NCBI GenBank assembly: GCA_963682015.1
Contig: OY820932.1
Location: forward strand, 23,436-87,435
Direction: 5' to 3'
DNA from: Smithellaceae bacterium
Lineage (GTDB): Bacteria > Desulfobacterota > Syntrophia > Syntrophales > Smithellaceae
DNA: 64,000 nt
The notes under the pieces are model-generated. The model was not told the origin of the DNA. It saw only the letters and a program-made list of their open reading frames with translations, and did not search any database. Of this stretch, positions 56,817 through 64,000 are shown piece after piece (the first letter of the stretch is position 1; each line of letters opens with the position of its first letter). Made by a program: the position numbers and the translations under genes.

Positions 56817-57491
56817 TTACGCCTTCAGAGGCTTCTGCCGGATATATTCAAGAATTTTTTCAAGGACCTCCCGAATGCTCAGAAAGGTCGAATCGATAAT
56901 AATCGCATCCGTTGTTGGCGATAATGGCGCAATTTTTCTCCGGGAATCCTGATCATCTCTTGTTTTCATATCCCTGGAAATATCCTCCCTGGCGGCGTTT
57001 TTTTTCTTATCGATGAGTTCTGCATGGCGTCTTCTGACTCTCTCATCGATATTGGCATCCAGAAAAAATTTGAAATCCGCATGCGGAAAAACAACCGATC
57101 CCATATCTCGCCCTTCCGCCACGATGCCCCCGTTTGAACCTGCGTTTCGTTGCACAGAAAGTAATTTTTCCCTGACCACGGGAAAAGCGGAGATGGTAGA
57201 AGCAGCCAGGCCGACTTCTTCCGTTCGAATTTTCCCGCTAACCTCTTCGCCATCAACATAAACATTCATCTGGCCGGCAACCATCCGCAGATTCACTTCC
57301 GTTTTGGAGCATAGTCTCCGGAGCTGATCAGGATCATTCACATCCAAACCGTTTTTCAGTGCTTTGTAAGCTATCGCACGATAAAGCGCTCCCGTGTCGA
57401 GGTAAAGATACTGCAGCTTCGCAGCTAACGCTTTGCTTACAGTGCTTTTTCCTGCACCCGCCGGTCCGTCGATGGTAATCACTTTATTCAT
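56817..57491 (-). CDS. cmk: Cytidylate kinase
   Basis: ITIDGPAGAGKST P-loop and LDTGALYRA. I place the start at MNKVITIDG (57491) rather than the ORF-track start at 57518. Confidence 0.92.
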   Translation of the reverse strand: MNKVITIDGPAGAGKSTVSKALAAKLQYLYLDTGALYRAIAYKALKNGLDVNDPDQLRRLCSKTEVNLRMVAGQMNVYVDGEEVSGKIRTEEVGLAASTISAFPVVREKLLSVQRNAGSNGGIVAEGRDMGSVVFPHADFKFFLDANIDERVRRRHAELIDKKKNAAREDISRDMKTRDDQDSRRKIAPLSPTTDAIIIDSTFLSIREVLEKILEYIRQKPLKA

Positions 57492-57562
57492 ACTTTCAGC
57501 TTCCTTTTTTCTTAACATATCTTCTTGAAGGAAAACTTGCCTAAAGCCAATAAAGGAGGTAT

Positions 57563-59119
57563 ATGTTCACCAAAAATACTTTGTCATCAACTATGTATAA
57601 AACGATACAAAATCAATGTTTTTCTTTTGCTCTTCTTTTCATTCTCTTTTTATTGGGAACACAGCATGCCTTTGCCGCTTTTACAATCGATGATGAAAAG
57701 AAATTGGGAAAAGAAATTTATGACAAGCTCGAAAAAAATAATTTTCTTCTCCACGACAAAATACTGAACACATACGTGATGAATATTGGCAATCGTTTGC
57801 TGAACCACAGCAATAAAGCGCCTTTCGATTTTACTTTCTGTATTTTCAACAGCTCGGGTATCAATGCGTTTGCCACACCCGGCGGTTATATTTACGTGAA
57901 CAAGGGGCTGATTACAGCCGTGGAAAACGAAGCGCAGCTGGCCGGTGTTATTGCGCATGAAATCGCGCATGCCAATTCCAGGCATGTGGCCAGTATCATC
58001 GAAAAATCACAAAAACTGAATATTGCAATGCTGGCAGCTATCATTGCCGGCGCTTTTCTCGGTGGAGGAGGAGAGGCCACCGCTGCCATTGCCGCTTTTT
58101 CCATGGCCGGCGCCACATCCATGCAACTCAAATACACCCGGGAACATGAGGAAGAGGCGGATCGGTTGGGAATTATATACCTGGTGGATTCCGGATATTA
58201 TCCGGCTGCCATGGTTGATTTTCTCAAAATCATCAAACAGTATGAGTACTACTCAAAAACCATTCCTTCTTACCTCAGGACTCATCCGGGAACCGATGAT
58301 CGTATTTTTTACCTGGACAGCCTCTTGCAAACCCAGTATCGTCGCACCAAAGGTGACGAAAATATCGTCGGGAATTTTGTAAGAATGCAGGCGCTGGTCA
58401 TTCTTGATGAGGACAATCTGGATAAGCATCGCAGGCAGCTTACGGAAGCCCTGCGGAAGGATCCGCGCAATGTTGATCTTCTCTACGCGCTGGCTCTGAT
58501 GGAGAATCAACAGGGACAGACCGGCGCCGCTCTCGAACATCTCAATAAAGCATTGACTGTGGCGCCGCGGGATGAAGATGTTTTAAAGAACATCGGTTTG
58601 CTTTACCTGAAAGCAAACAACCCTGGACAAGCCTGTATTCACCTTCAGAAAGCATTTGAAATCAATCCAGGCAATAATCAAATCACCCTGGCCCTGGGGA
58701 AAGCCTATTTTGCGATGGGCGATTTCAAAAACGCTCTCGTTTACTTTTTAAAAATTCCGGATACAACATTCAATGACCAGGTAAGGCCGTTACCGCCACC
58801 GGATTTTCCGAAATCACAGGAAAAACCATCGGATAATGTTGATATCAACTACTATATTGCCATGTCCTACGGCCGATTAAATCAACACGGCGAATCCCAT
58901 TATTATTTTGGCCGGTATTTTAAAAATGAAGGGAAACTTGAAAGCTCTCTTTTTCATTTCAATAAAGCCCTCGAATATTATCCTCAGGGTTCTTCGCGGG
59001 CAATTGCGATTTCCGAAATCGTCAAGGAACTGAATATTGAAAAAAAGAAAAAACCGGAAAAGAAACCGGGTTCACCTCAAAGCCCCCGTAATAAATATCA
59101 TTTGATAACAAGCAATTAA
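57563..59119 (+). CDS. M48-family zinc metalloprotease with C-terminal TPR repeats (BepA-like)
   Basis: Signal peptide, HEIAHANSRH (HExxH), EEEADRLG, and TPR-like repeats in the C-terminal half. AAAGGAGG RBS. Confidence 0.88.
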   Translation: MFTKNTLSSTMYKTIQNQCFSFALLFILFLLGTQHAFAAFTIDDEKKLGKEIYDKLEKNNFLLHDKILNTYVMNIGNRLLNHSNKAPFDFTFCIFNSSGINAFATPGGYIYVNKGLITAVENEAQLAGVIAHEIAHANSRHVASIIEKSQKLNIAMLAAIIAGAFLGGGGEATAAIAAFSMAGATSMQLKYTREHEEEADRLGIIYLVDSGYYPAAMVDFLKIIKQYEYYSKTIPSYLRTHPGTDDRIFYLDSLLQTQYRRTKGDENIVGNFVRMQALVILDEDNLDKHRRQLTEALRKDPRNVDLLYALALMENQQGQTGAALEHLNKALTVAPRDEDVLKNIGLLYLKANNPGQACIHLQKAFEINPGNNQITLALGKAYFAMGDFKNALVYFLKIPDTTFNDQVRPLPPPDFPKSQEKPSDNVDINYYIAMSYGRLNQHGESHYYFGRYFKNEGKLESSLFHFNKALEYYPQGSSRAIAISEIVKELNIEKKKKPEKKPGSPQSPRNKYHLITSN

Positions 59120-59217
59120 CAGAATACTGCCGGTCAATATTTATCGTTGCGAAAAATCAGGCAATACATTATAAGGGGCGTGGATTAAACCATTTTTCTG
59201 AAAGGAGTTTGTATAAA

Positions 59218-59892
59218 GTGAATATTTTGATATTTGGCCCCAATGGCAGCGGCAAAGGTACGCAGGGAGCGATCGTACAGAAGAAATACGGTGTTCCGCA
59301 CATTGAAACCGGTGTGATTTTCCGCCAGAATATTTCCAAGAAAACCCCGCTTGGAGAAAAAGCAAAAGCTTTCATCGACCGCGGCGAACTGGTGCCCGAT
59401 GATATCACCATTCCCATGATTCTGGACCGCCTGAAAGAAGATGACGCGAAAAAAGGATGGCTGCTGGACGGATTTCCCCGTAACCTGGCTCAGGCTGAAG
59501 CTCTCTGGGCCGCTCTTCAGAAGGAGAACATCAAACTGGACATCGTCATTGAAATCGACCTGGACCGCGAAACATCTAAAAACCGCATCATGGGCCGCAG
59601 ACTCTGCAAGATCGACAACAACCATCCCAACAATATTTTCATCGACGCCATCAAGCCCCATACGCATGACGGAAAGACTGTTTGCCGCGTGTGCGGTTGT
59701 GAAGAACTTTCGGCCCGCGCCGACGATCAGGATACCGCCGCCATCGACAAACGTCACGGCATATACTATGACACGAAAACCGGAACGCTGGCCGCCGTGA
59801 ATTACTTCAAAGACAGAACAAAAGTTATCATTGTTAACGGCAAACCCGGCGTGAAAGAGGTCTCCGAAGATTTGATGAAACAACTCGGATAA
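59218..59892 (+). CDS. adk: Adenylate kinase (long-lid, Cys/His metal-site type)
   Basis: (M)NILIFGPNGSGKGTQG P-loop, LLDGFPR, and lid CKIDNNH...CRVCG...RADD. I prefer the GTG at 59218 (10 nt after GGAG) to the TTG at 59209, which abuts the RBS. Confidence 0.9.
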   Translation: MNILIFGPNGSGKGTQGAIVQKKYGVPHIETGVIFRQNISKKTPLGEKAKAFIDRGELVPDDITIPMILDRLKEDDAKKGWLLDGFPRNLAQAEALWAALQKENIKLDIVIEIDLDRETSKNRIMGRRLCKIDNNHPNNIFIDAIKPHTHDGKTVCRVCGCEELSARADDQDTAAIDKRHGIYYDTKTGTLAAVNYFKDRTKVIIVNGKPGVKEVSEDLMKQLG

Positions 59893-59916
59893 TTGCATCC
59901 GGAAAGATTTTAGGAT

Positions 59917-59949
59917 AAAAGCCCCCCAGAACATTTGGAGGGCTTTTTT
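59917..59949 (+). terminator. Rho-independent terminator after adk
   Basis: AAAAGCCCCCC...GGAGGGCTTTTTT: 7-bp GC stem with one mismatch, followed by T6. Confidence 0.7.
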
Positions 59950-59957
59950 AACACCCC

Positions 59958-61754
59958 ATGGAAAATATTAGAAACTTCAGCATTATTGCCCATATTGATC
60001 ATGGAAAGTCCACGCTGGCGGACCGTTTGATTCAATATACCGGCGTCTGCAATGAAAGAAACTTTCAGGATCAAATGCTGGACAATATGGATATCGAGAG
60101 AGAACGCGGTATCACCATTAAAAGCAACGCGATCTCCCTGCCCTATCGTGCCAGAGATGGCAAAAATTACATTCTCAACCTGATCGATACGCCGGGCCAT
60201 GTTGATTTTTCATACGAAGTCTCGCGCTCGCTGGCTTCCTGCGAAGGCGTGCTGCTTTTGATTGACGCCGCCCAGGGCGTGCAGGCCCAGACCCTTGCCA
60301 ATCTATATCTGGCGATGGAGCATAATCTGGAAATCATCCCGATCATCAACAAAATCGATCTGCCTTCCGCTGATGTGGACCGTGTGCTGGAGGAAATCGA
60401 TTCCGAACTGGGTCTTGATCCGGATACGCATATCAAAGCTTCCGCCAAGGAAGGTATTGGCATTGAGGAAATTCTGGAAGCCATCGTGGAACGCATTCCG
60501 CCACCGAAAGGCAGCGAAGAAAATCCGCTGGCGGCGCTGATTTTTGACGCCAAATACGACGCCTACCGGGGAACCATTATCCACTGCCGGGTCTTTGAAG
60601 GCTCCGTTAAGGCGGGTAACATCATCCGGTTCATGTCCAGCGGAGCCATTTATAAAGTGGAAGAAGTCGGCCATTTTCTTCTGCAGCGCTCAAAGCGCGA
60701 TAAACTCTCCGCCGGCGAAGTCGGATACATTATTGCGGGCGTGAAAACGGTCTCCGATGTCCGCACGGGTGACACCATCACTCATCAGGACAGGTCCTGC
60801 ACTCAGCCTCTGCCCGGTTTCAAGGAAGTCAAACCGGTTGTGTTTGCCTCCATCTATCCCATTGCTTCCGACGACTATCAGGACCTTGCCGACTCTCTGG
60901 AAAAGTACAAACTAAACGATGCATCTTTTATATACGAGAAAGACTCCTCGGCGGCACTGGGACAGGGATTCCGCTGCGGTTTTCTGGGCCTTTTGCATCT
61001 GGATATCGTACAGGAGCGTATTGAAAGAGAGTATGATTTATCGATCATCCTTTCAGTTCCCAGCGTCCGATACCGGTTCTCGCTCAAAGACGGAAGCGTG
61101 CTCTACGTCGACAATCCGACGCACTATCCCGACCCGGTCAGCGTCGCCAGAGGTGAAGAGCCATTCATTCGCGCTTCCATGATGCTGCCGGAACGTTACC
61201 TGGGTACAGTCATGAAACTGTGCATGGAAAAGCGCGGCGTCAATTCCACCATGAATTATACCGGCCCCGGACGCGTCGAGTTATCCTACGAAATGCCGCT
61301 GGCTGAAGTGATTTTTGATTTTTATGATCGCTTCAAATCCGTCACGCAGGGTTACGGATCATTTGATTATGACATGATTGATTACCGGGAAAGCAATCTC
61401 GTCCTGATGGATATTCTGGTCAACGGGGAAAAAGTGGACGCTTTATCCCAGATCGTTCATCGTGATCGGGCCCGCGCACGGGCTCTGATTGCCTGTGATC
61501 GTCTCAAGGAAGAAATCCCGCGTCAGATGTATAAGATCGCCATCCAGGGGGCCATTGGAGGCGAAATCATCGCCCGGAGCACCATCAGCGCATTCCGCAA
61601 AGACGTAACAGCCAAGTGCTACGGTGGCGATATCACGCGCAAGAGAAAACTGCTGGAAAAGCAGAAAGAAGGCAAAAAGCGCATGAAGATGATTGGATCC
61701 GTCAGCATTCCGCAGAGTGCATTTCTGGCCGTGTTAAAATCAGATAATGACTAG
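59958..61754 (+). CDS. lepA: Translation elongation factor 4
   Basis: [32 protein letters not shown], and the LepA-specific C-terminus (...YGGDITRKRKLLEKQKEGKKRMK). Confidence 0.96.
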   Translation: MENIRNFSIIAHIDHGKSTLADRLIQYTGVCNERNFQDQMLDNMDIERERGITIKSNAISLPYRARDGKNYILNLIDTPGHVDFSYEVSRSLASCEGVLLLIDAAQGVQAQTLANLYLAMEHNLEIIPIINKIDLPSADVDRVLEEIDSELGLDPDTHIKASAKEGIGIEEILEAIVERIPPPKGSEENPLAALIFDAKYDAYRGTIIHCRVFEGSVKAGNIIRFMSSGAIYKVEEVGHFLLQRSKRDKLSAGEVGYIIAGVKTVSDVRTGDTITHQDRSCTQPLPGFKEVKPVVFASIYPIASDDYQDLADSLEKYKLNDASFIYEKDSSAALGQGFRCGFLGLLHLDIVQERIEREYDLSIILSVPSVRYRFSLKDGSVLYVDNPTHYPDPVSVARGEEPFIRASMMLPERYLGTVMKLCMEKRGVNSTMNYTGPGRVELSYEMPLAEVIFDFYDRFKSVTQGYGSFDYDMIDYRESNLVLMDILVNGEKVDALSQIVHRDRARARALIACDRLKEEIPRQMYKIAIQGAIGGEIIARSTISAFRKDVTAKCYGGDITRKRKLLEKQKEGKKRMKMIGSVSIPQSAFLAVLKSDND

Positions 61755-62877
61755 TAATGAATTGCCAGGTCTTTACATTCACGTCCCGTTTTGCCTGAGT
61801 AAATGCCGGTATTGCAGCTTTTACTCGGTTTCGTCACCTGAACTGATTCCTGAATTTGTAAAAAACGTTGTGCGGGAAATTTCGTTTTATAAAGCCGCAT
61901 TTCACTCCTTTGACACGATTTATCTGGGCGGCGGAACCCCTTCCCTTCTCTGCCTCGAACAGATTGATGAAATTCTCGATACAGTCCGCCAATCATTCGA
62001 AGTTGACGGAAAGGCGGAAATCACCATCGAAGTGAATCCCGGTGATATTTCGCATGAATATTTAAAAGCCCTGCGTGCAGCGGGAATAAACCGCCTCAAC
62101 ATCGGCGTCCAGGCTTTCGATGATCACATTCTGAAGTTTCTGGGCCGCAGGCATACGGCCAGAGAAGCTGCAACATCTCTTGATGCGGCACGAAAAGCCT
62201 GTTTTGAGAATATCGGGATTGATTTGATCTACGGCGTCCGCGGGCAGGATATTCTTTCCTGGCGGCAAACATTAAAAAAAACTGTCTCCCTTGCTCCGGA
62301 ACACCTCTCCTGCTACCAGCTTTCGCTCGATCCCCAAACGCCTCTCTATCATCATTACCGGCAAGAGGGTTTCTCCTTGCCGGCTGAAGATGAGGCGCTG
62401 GAATTTTTTATGACGACATCGCAAGTGTTAACGGATGCAGGCTATATTCATTACGAAGTGTCCAACTTTGCCCGTTCAGATGCATTCAAATCCCGCCACA
62501 ATCTGAAATACTGGCGACACCTTCCCTATCTTGGTCTGGGTCCCGCCGCACACTCCTTCAAAGATCGTAATCGCTGGTGGAATCTTGCCAACGTTGATGC
62601 ATACGTAAAGAACGTTTCTGAAAACCGCACTCCGGTTGAGCAAACCGAAAATCTCTCGATCGAACAACTGTCGCTGGAAGCACTTTTTCTGGGCCTGCGC
62701 ACAAAAGGGGGAATCGATCTGACGCAATACAGAAACTGTTACAGTGTAGACCTGCTTTCCGAGAAAAAGCAAACCATCGATGAGTTGATTAAAAACAAGC
62801 TGGTGGAGTTAAAAAAAGGCCGCCTTGTTCCAACGCTTGCCGGAATGGCAGTGGCGGACAGCTTGGCGCTCATTTGA
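61747..62877 (+). CDS. hemW: Radical SAM heme chaperone HemW (HemN-like, oxygen-independent coproporphyrinogen oxidase family)
   Basis: YIHVPFCLSKCRYCSF (CxxxCxxC), GGGTPS, ~375 aa, directly after lepA (8-nt overlap), a common arrangement. Confidence 0.9.
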   Translation: MTSNELPGLYIHVPFCLSKCRYCSFYSVSSPELIPEFVKNVVREISFYKAAFHSFDTIYLGGGTPSLLCLEQIDEILDTVRQSFEVDGKAEITIEVNPGDISHEYLKALRAAGINRLNIGVQAFDDHILKFLGRRHTAREAATSLDAARKACFENIGIDLIYGVRGQDILSWRQTLKKTVSLAPEHLSCYQLSLDPQTPLYHHYRQEGFSLPAEDEALEFFMTTSQVLTDAGYIHYEVSNFARSDAFKSRHNLKYWRHLPYLGLGPAAHSFKDRNRWWNLANVDAYVKNVSENRTPVEQTENLSIEQLSLEALFLGLRTKGGIDLTQYRNCYSVDLLSEKKQTIDELIKNKLVELKKGRLVPTLAGMAVADSLALI

Positions 62878-62921
62878 TAATTTTTTTCGTCCTGATCCCT
62901 ACTTTACACGGCATACAATCT

Positions 62922-64000
62922 TCAGATGACATATGGATAATATTTGGCATCCTCTACGTACATATGCTCTGACACAACATCAAAAGCAAGGAAGTTGAAC
63001 AATTCGTCTATTTTCAATTCGTTGCGATGATATTTTCCAACAAACTCTTCCGCTTTTCTAATTAATTCCTTATGTTTTTTTCGATGATCCTCCGCAAGGG
63101 GATACGATTTGGAAAATAACATTTCCTCTTCATCATGAAAATGTTCAACGGTTTCATCTAAAAGACGGGCTATTAAAGATAAACTCTCTTCCCGGGCGCA
63201 TCCCTCGATTAAAGCCGAGAGGACTTTGTTGGATGTATCAAATAATCTTTGATGCTGTTGATCGATGGTTGCAATACCGCATTCATTTTTCTTCTCCCAG
63301 ACAAGTTGAATGAACCCTTTTCCATTCTTTGTTACACCCGTTTTTAATTTTACTTCATCCGAAGCAATCTCAAGCCGATTACGCCCTTTCTTTTTAGCTC
63401 GATACAGTGCACCATCGGCCATTTCCAGCAACTGTTCGGGGCTGTCTTTTCTGGAAGGCCATACTGTTGTTACACCCAGGCTGATCGTGACATAGGGAGC
63501 GGTTCCGGAGCAATCGTGAGGGATGGCGAGTCCTTCAATTGCTTTACGAAGTTGCTCCCCGACTCTTTTCGCCCCATCCTCCAGCGTATCCGGTAAAATG
63601 GCTACAAATTCTTCACCACCATACCTCGCCAGAACATCGGACGGCCGCTTGACCACATTTTGGAGAGCAACGGCTACTGTACGCAGACACTCATCCCCGG
63701 CTATATGGCCATATCGGTCATTGTATTTCTTAAAATAATCAATATCCATAAGGATCAATGACAGCGGCATGCTGTTACGCCTCAGCTGGAAAAATTCTCT
63801 GCGGAGAGAATCGTCAAAATACCGTCGATTCATGATTCCGGTCAGTCCATCGATACGCGCGCTTTTCAGAGCATGATCCTTTTCAACTTCCAGCCGGCGG
63901 ATCAGCTCTTCTATAAGCCGATCAGCCCGTTTACTCTTCGTGACGTCCAGAAGAGTCCCGGCTGCCGCGATTCGTCCCTTATAAATGCTTAACGAACCGT
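62922..64000 (-). CDS. Diguanylate cyclase (GGDEF) with a C-terminal hemerythrin-like domain. The N-terminal part (probably a PAS/sensor) lies beyond the right window edge.
   Basis: GGEEF active site with an RPSD I-site 5 aa upstream. The C-terminal ~135 aa has hemerythrin His/Asp/Glu spacing (IDQQHQRLF...VEHFHDEEEML...HRKKHKEL...VSEHMYVEDAKY). The frame stays open upstream of the ORF-track ATG (63833). I read ...LLDVTKSKRADRLIEELIRRLEVEKDHALKSARIDGLTGIMNRRYF up to position 63998. Confidence 0.85.
   Translation of the reverse strand, partial: GSLSIYKGRIAAAGTLLDVTKSKRADRLIEELIRRLEVEKDHALKSARIDGLTGIMNRRYFDDSLRREFFQLRRNSMPLSLILMDIDYFKKYNDRYGHIAGDECLRTVAVALQNVVKRPSDVLARYGGEEFVAILPDTLEDGAKRVGEQLRKAIEGLAIPHDCSGTAPYVTISLGVTTVWPSRKDSPEQLLEMADGALYRAKKKGRNRLEIASDEVKLKTGVTKNGKGFIQLVWEKKNECGIATIDQQHQRLFDTSNKVLSALIEGCAREESLSLIARLLDETVEHFHDEEEMLFSKSYPLAEDHRKKHKELIRKAEEFVGKYHRNELKIDELFNFLAFDVVSEHMYVEDAKYYPYVI

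Noticed and set aside
59185-59934. A 249-aa ORF on the minus strand, longer than and fully covering adk
   Set aside because: It is a shadow ORF antisense to a clearly identifiable adenylate kinase. It has no RBS and no recognisable motifs, and its composition is typical of an antisense frame.
1-64000. CRISPR arrays, IS elements, prophage or defence-system genes, toxin-antitoxin pairs, rRNA genes and riboswitches
   Set aside because: Reading through both strands and the intergenic regions, I found no spaced direct-repeat array and no transposase, integrase or phage-like ORFs. I also found no leader long or structured enough to call a riboswitch. This was a scan by eye, not a computed search.

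Overview
This 64 kb window reads as chromosomal DNA from an anaerobic, Desulfobacterota-like bacterium. That taxon call is inference from gene content: rubrerythrin, an extra EF-G paralog, a glutaredoxin/ferredoxin-thioredoxin-reductase pair and Fe-S-rich flavoenzymes. Coding density is high. I support about 62 CDS (two run off the window edges), one tRNA-Pro(UGG), six hairpin terminators and two promoter/operator candidates.

Most of the window is housekeeping:
- Translation and RNA: fusA paralog, lepA, proS, rpsA, rph, rsmD, ihfB, and tRNA-Pro.
- Nucleotide and stress: adk, cmk, rdgB, relA/spoT, mscL, rbr.
- Cofactor and amino-acid synthesis: nadA, metX-metW, ridA, ispG, coaD, hemW.
- Envelope and lipid: pssA-psd, sppA, and cell-wall enzymes (a DD-carboxypeptidase, an MltD-like lytic transglycosylase, an amidase and a LysM protein).
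- Transport: a livJHMGF-type branched-chain amino-acid ABC transporter.
- The order cmk-rpsA-(sppA)-ihfB resembles the enterobacterial cmk-rpsA-ihfB arrangement.

I saw no CRISPR array, transposase, integrase or phage genes.

The least ordinary stretch is ~25.7-40.4 kb.
- An AraC-family regulator sits divergent to a seven-gene minus-strand acyl-CoA operon. The operon encodes a multi-domain Fe-S/flavin/nitroreductase fusion, an SCP-x-type thiolase, an acyl-CoA synthetase, two adjacent acyl-CoA dehydrogenases (one lacking the catalytic Glu) and two SDRs.
- A benzyl-alcohol-type Zn-ADH, an AhpD/CMD-family protein and an AT-rich DxD-motif gene follow, the last abutting tRNA-Pro.
- I consider this the best candidate for an undescribed catabolic system. 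The substrate cannot be read from the sequence.

Other points worth a look:
- a Grx-like/FTR-catalytic-subunit pair with a CYC variant motif, next to an orphan Cys-rich sigma-70 region-4 protein
- a PurF-like protein lacking the N-terminal nucleophile Cys
- an Rrf2 regulator apparently co-transcribed with nadA, behind a perfect 8-9-8 palindrome
- a GGDEF protein with a C-terminal hemerythrin domain
- several intergenic repeat or palindrome motifs

All functional calls come from my reading of the translated ORFs (motifs and remembered family signatures). No database search was run.
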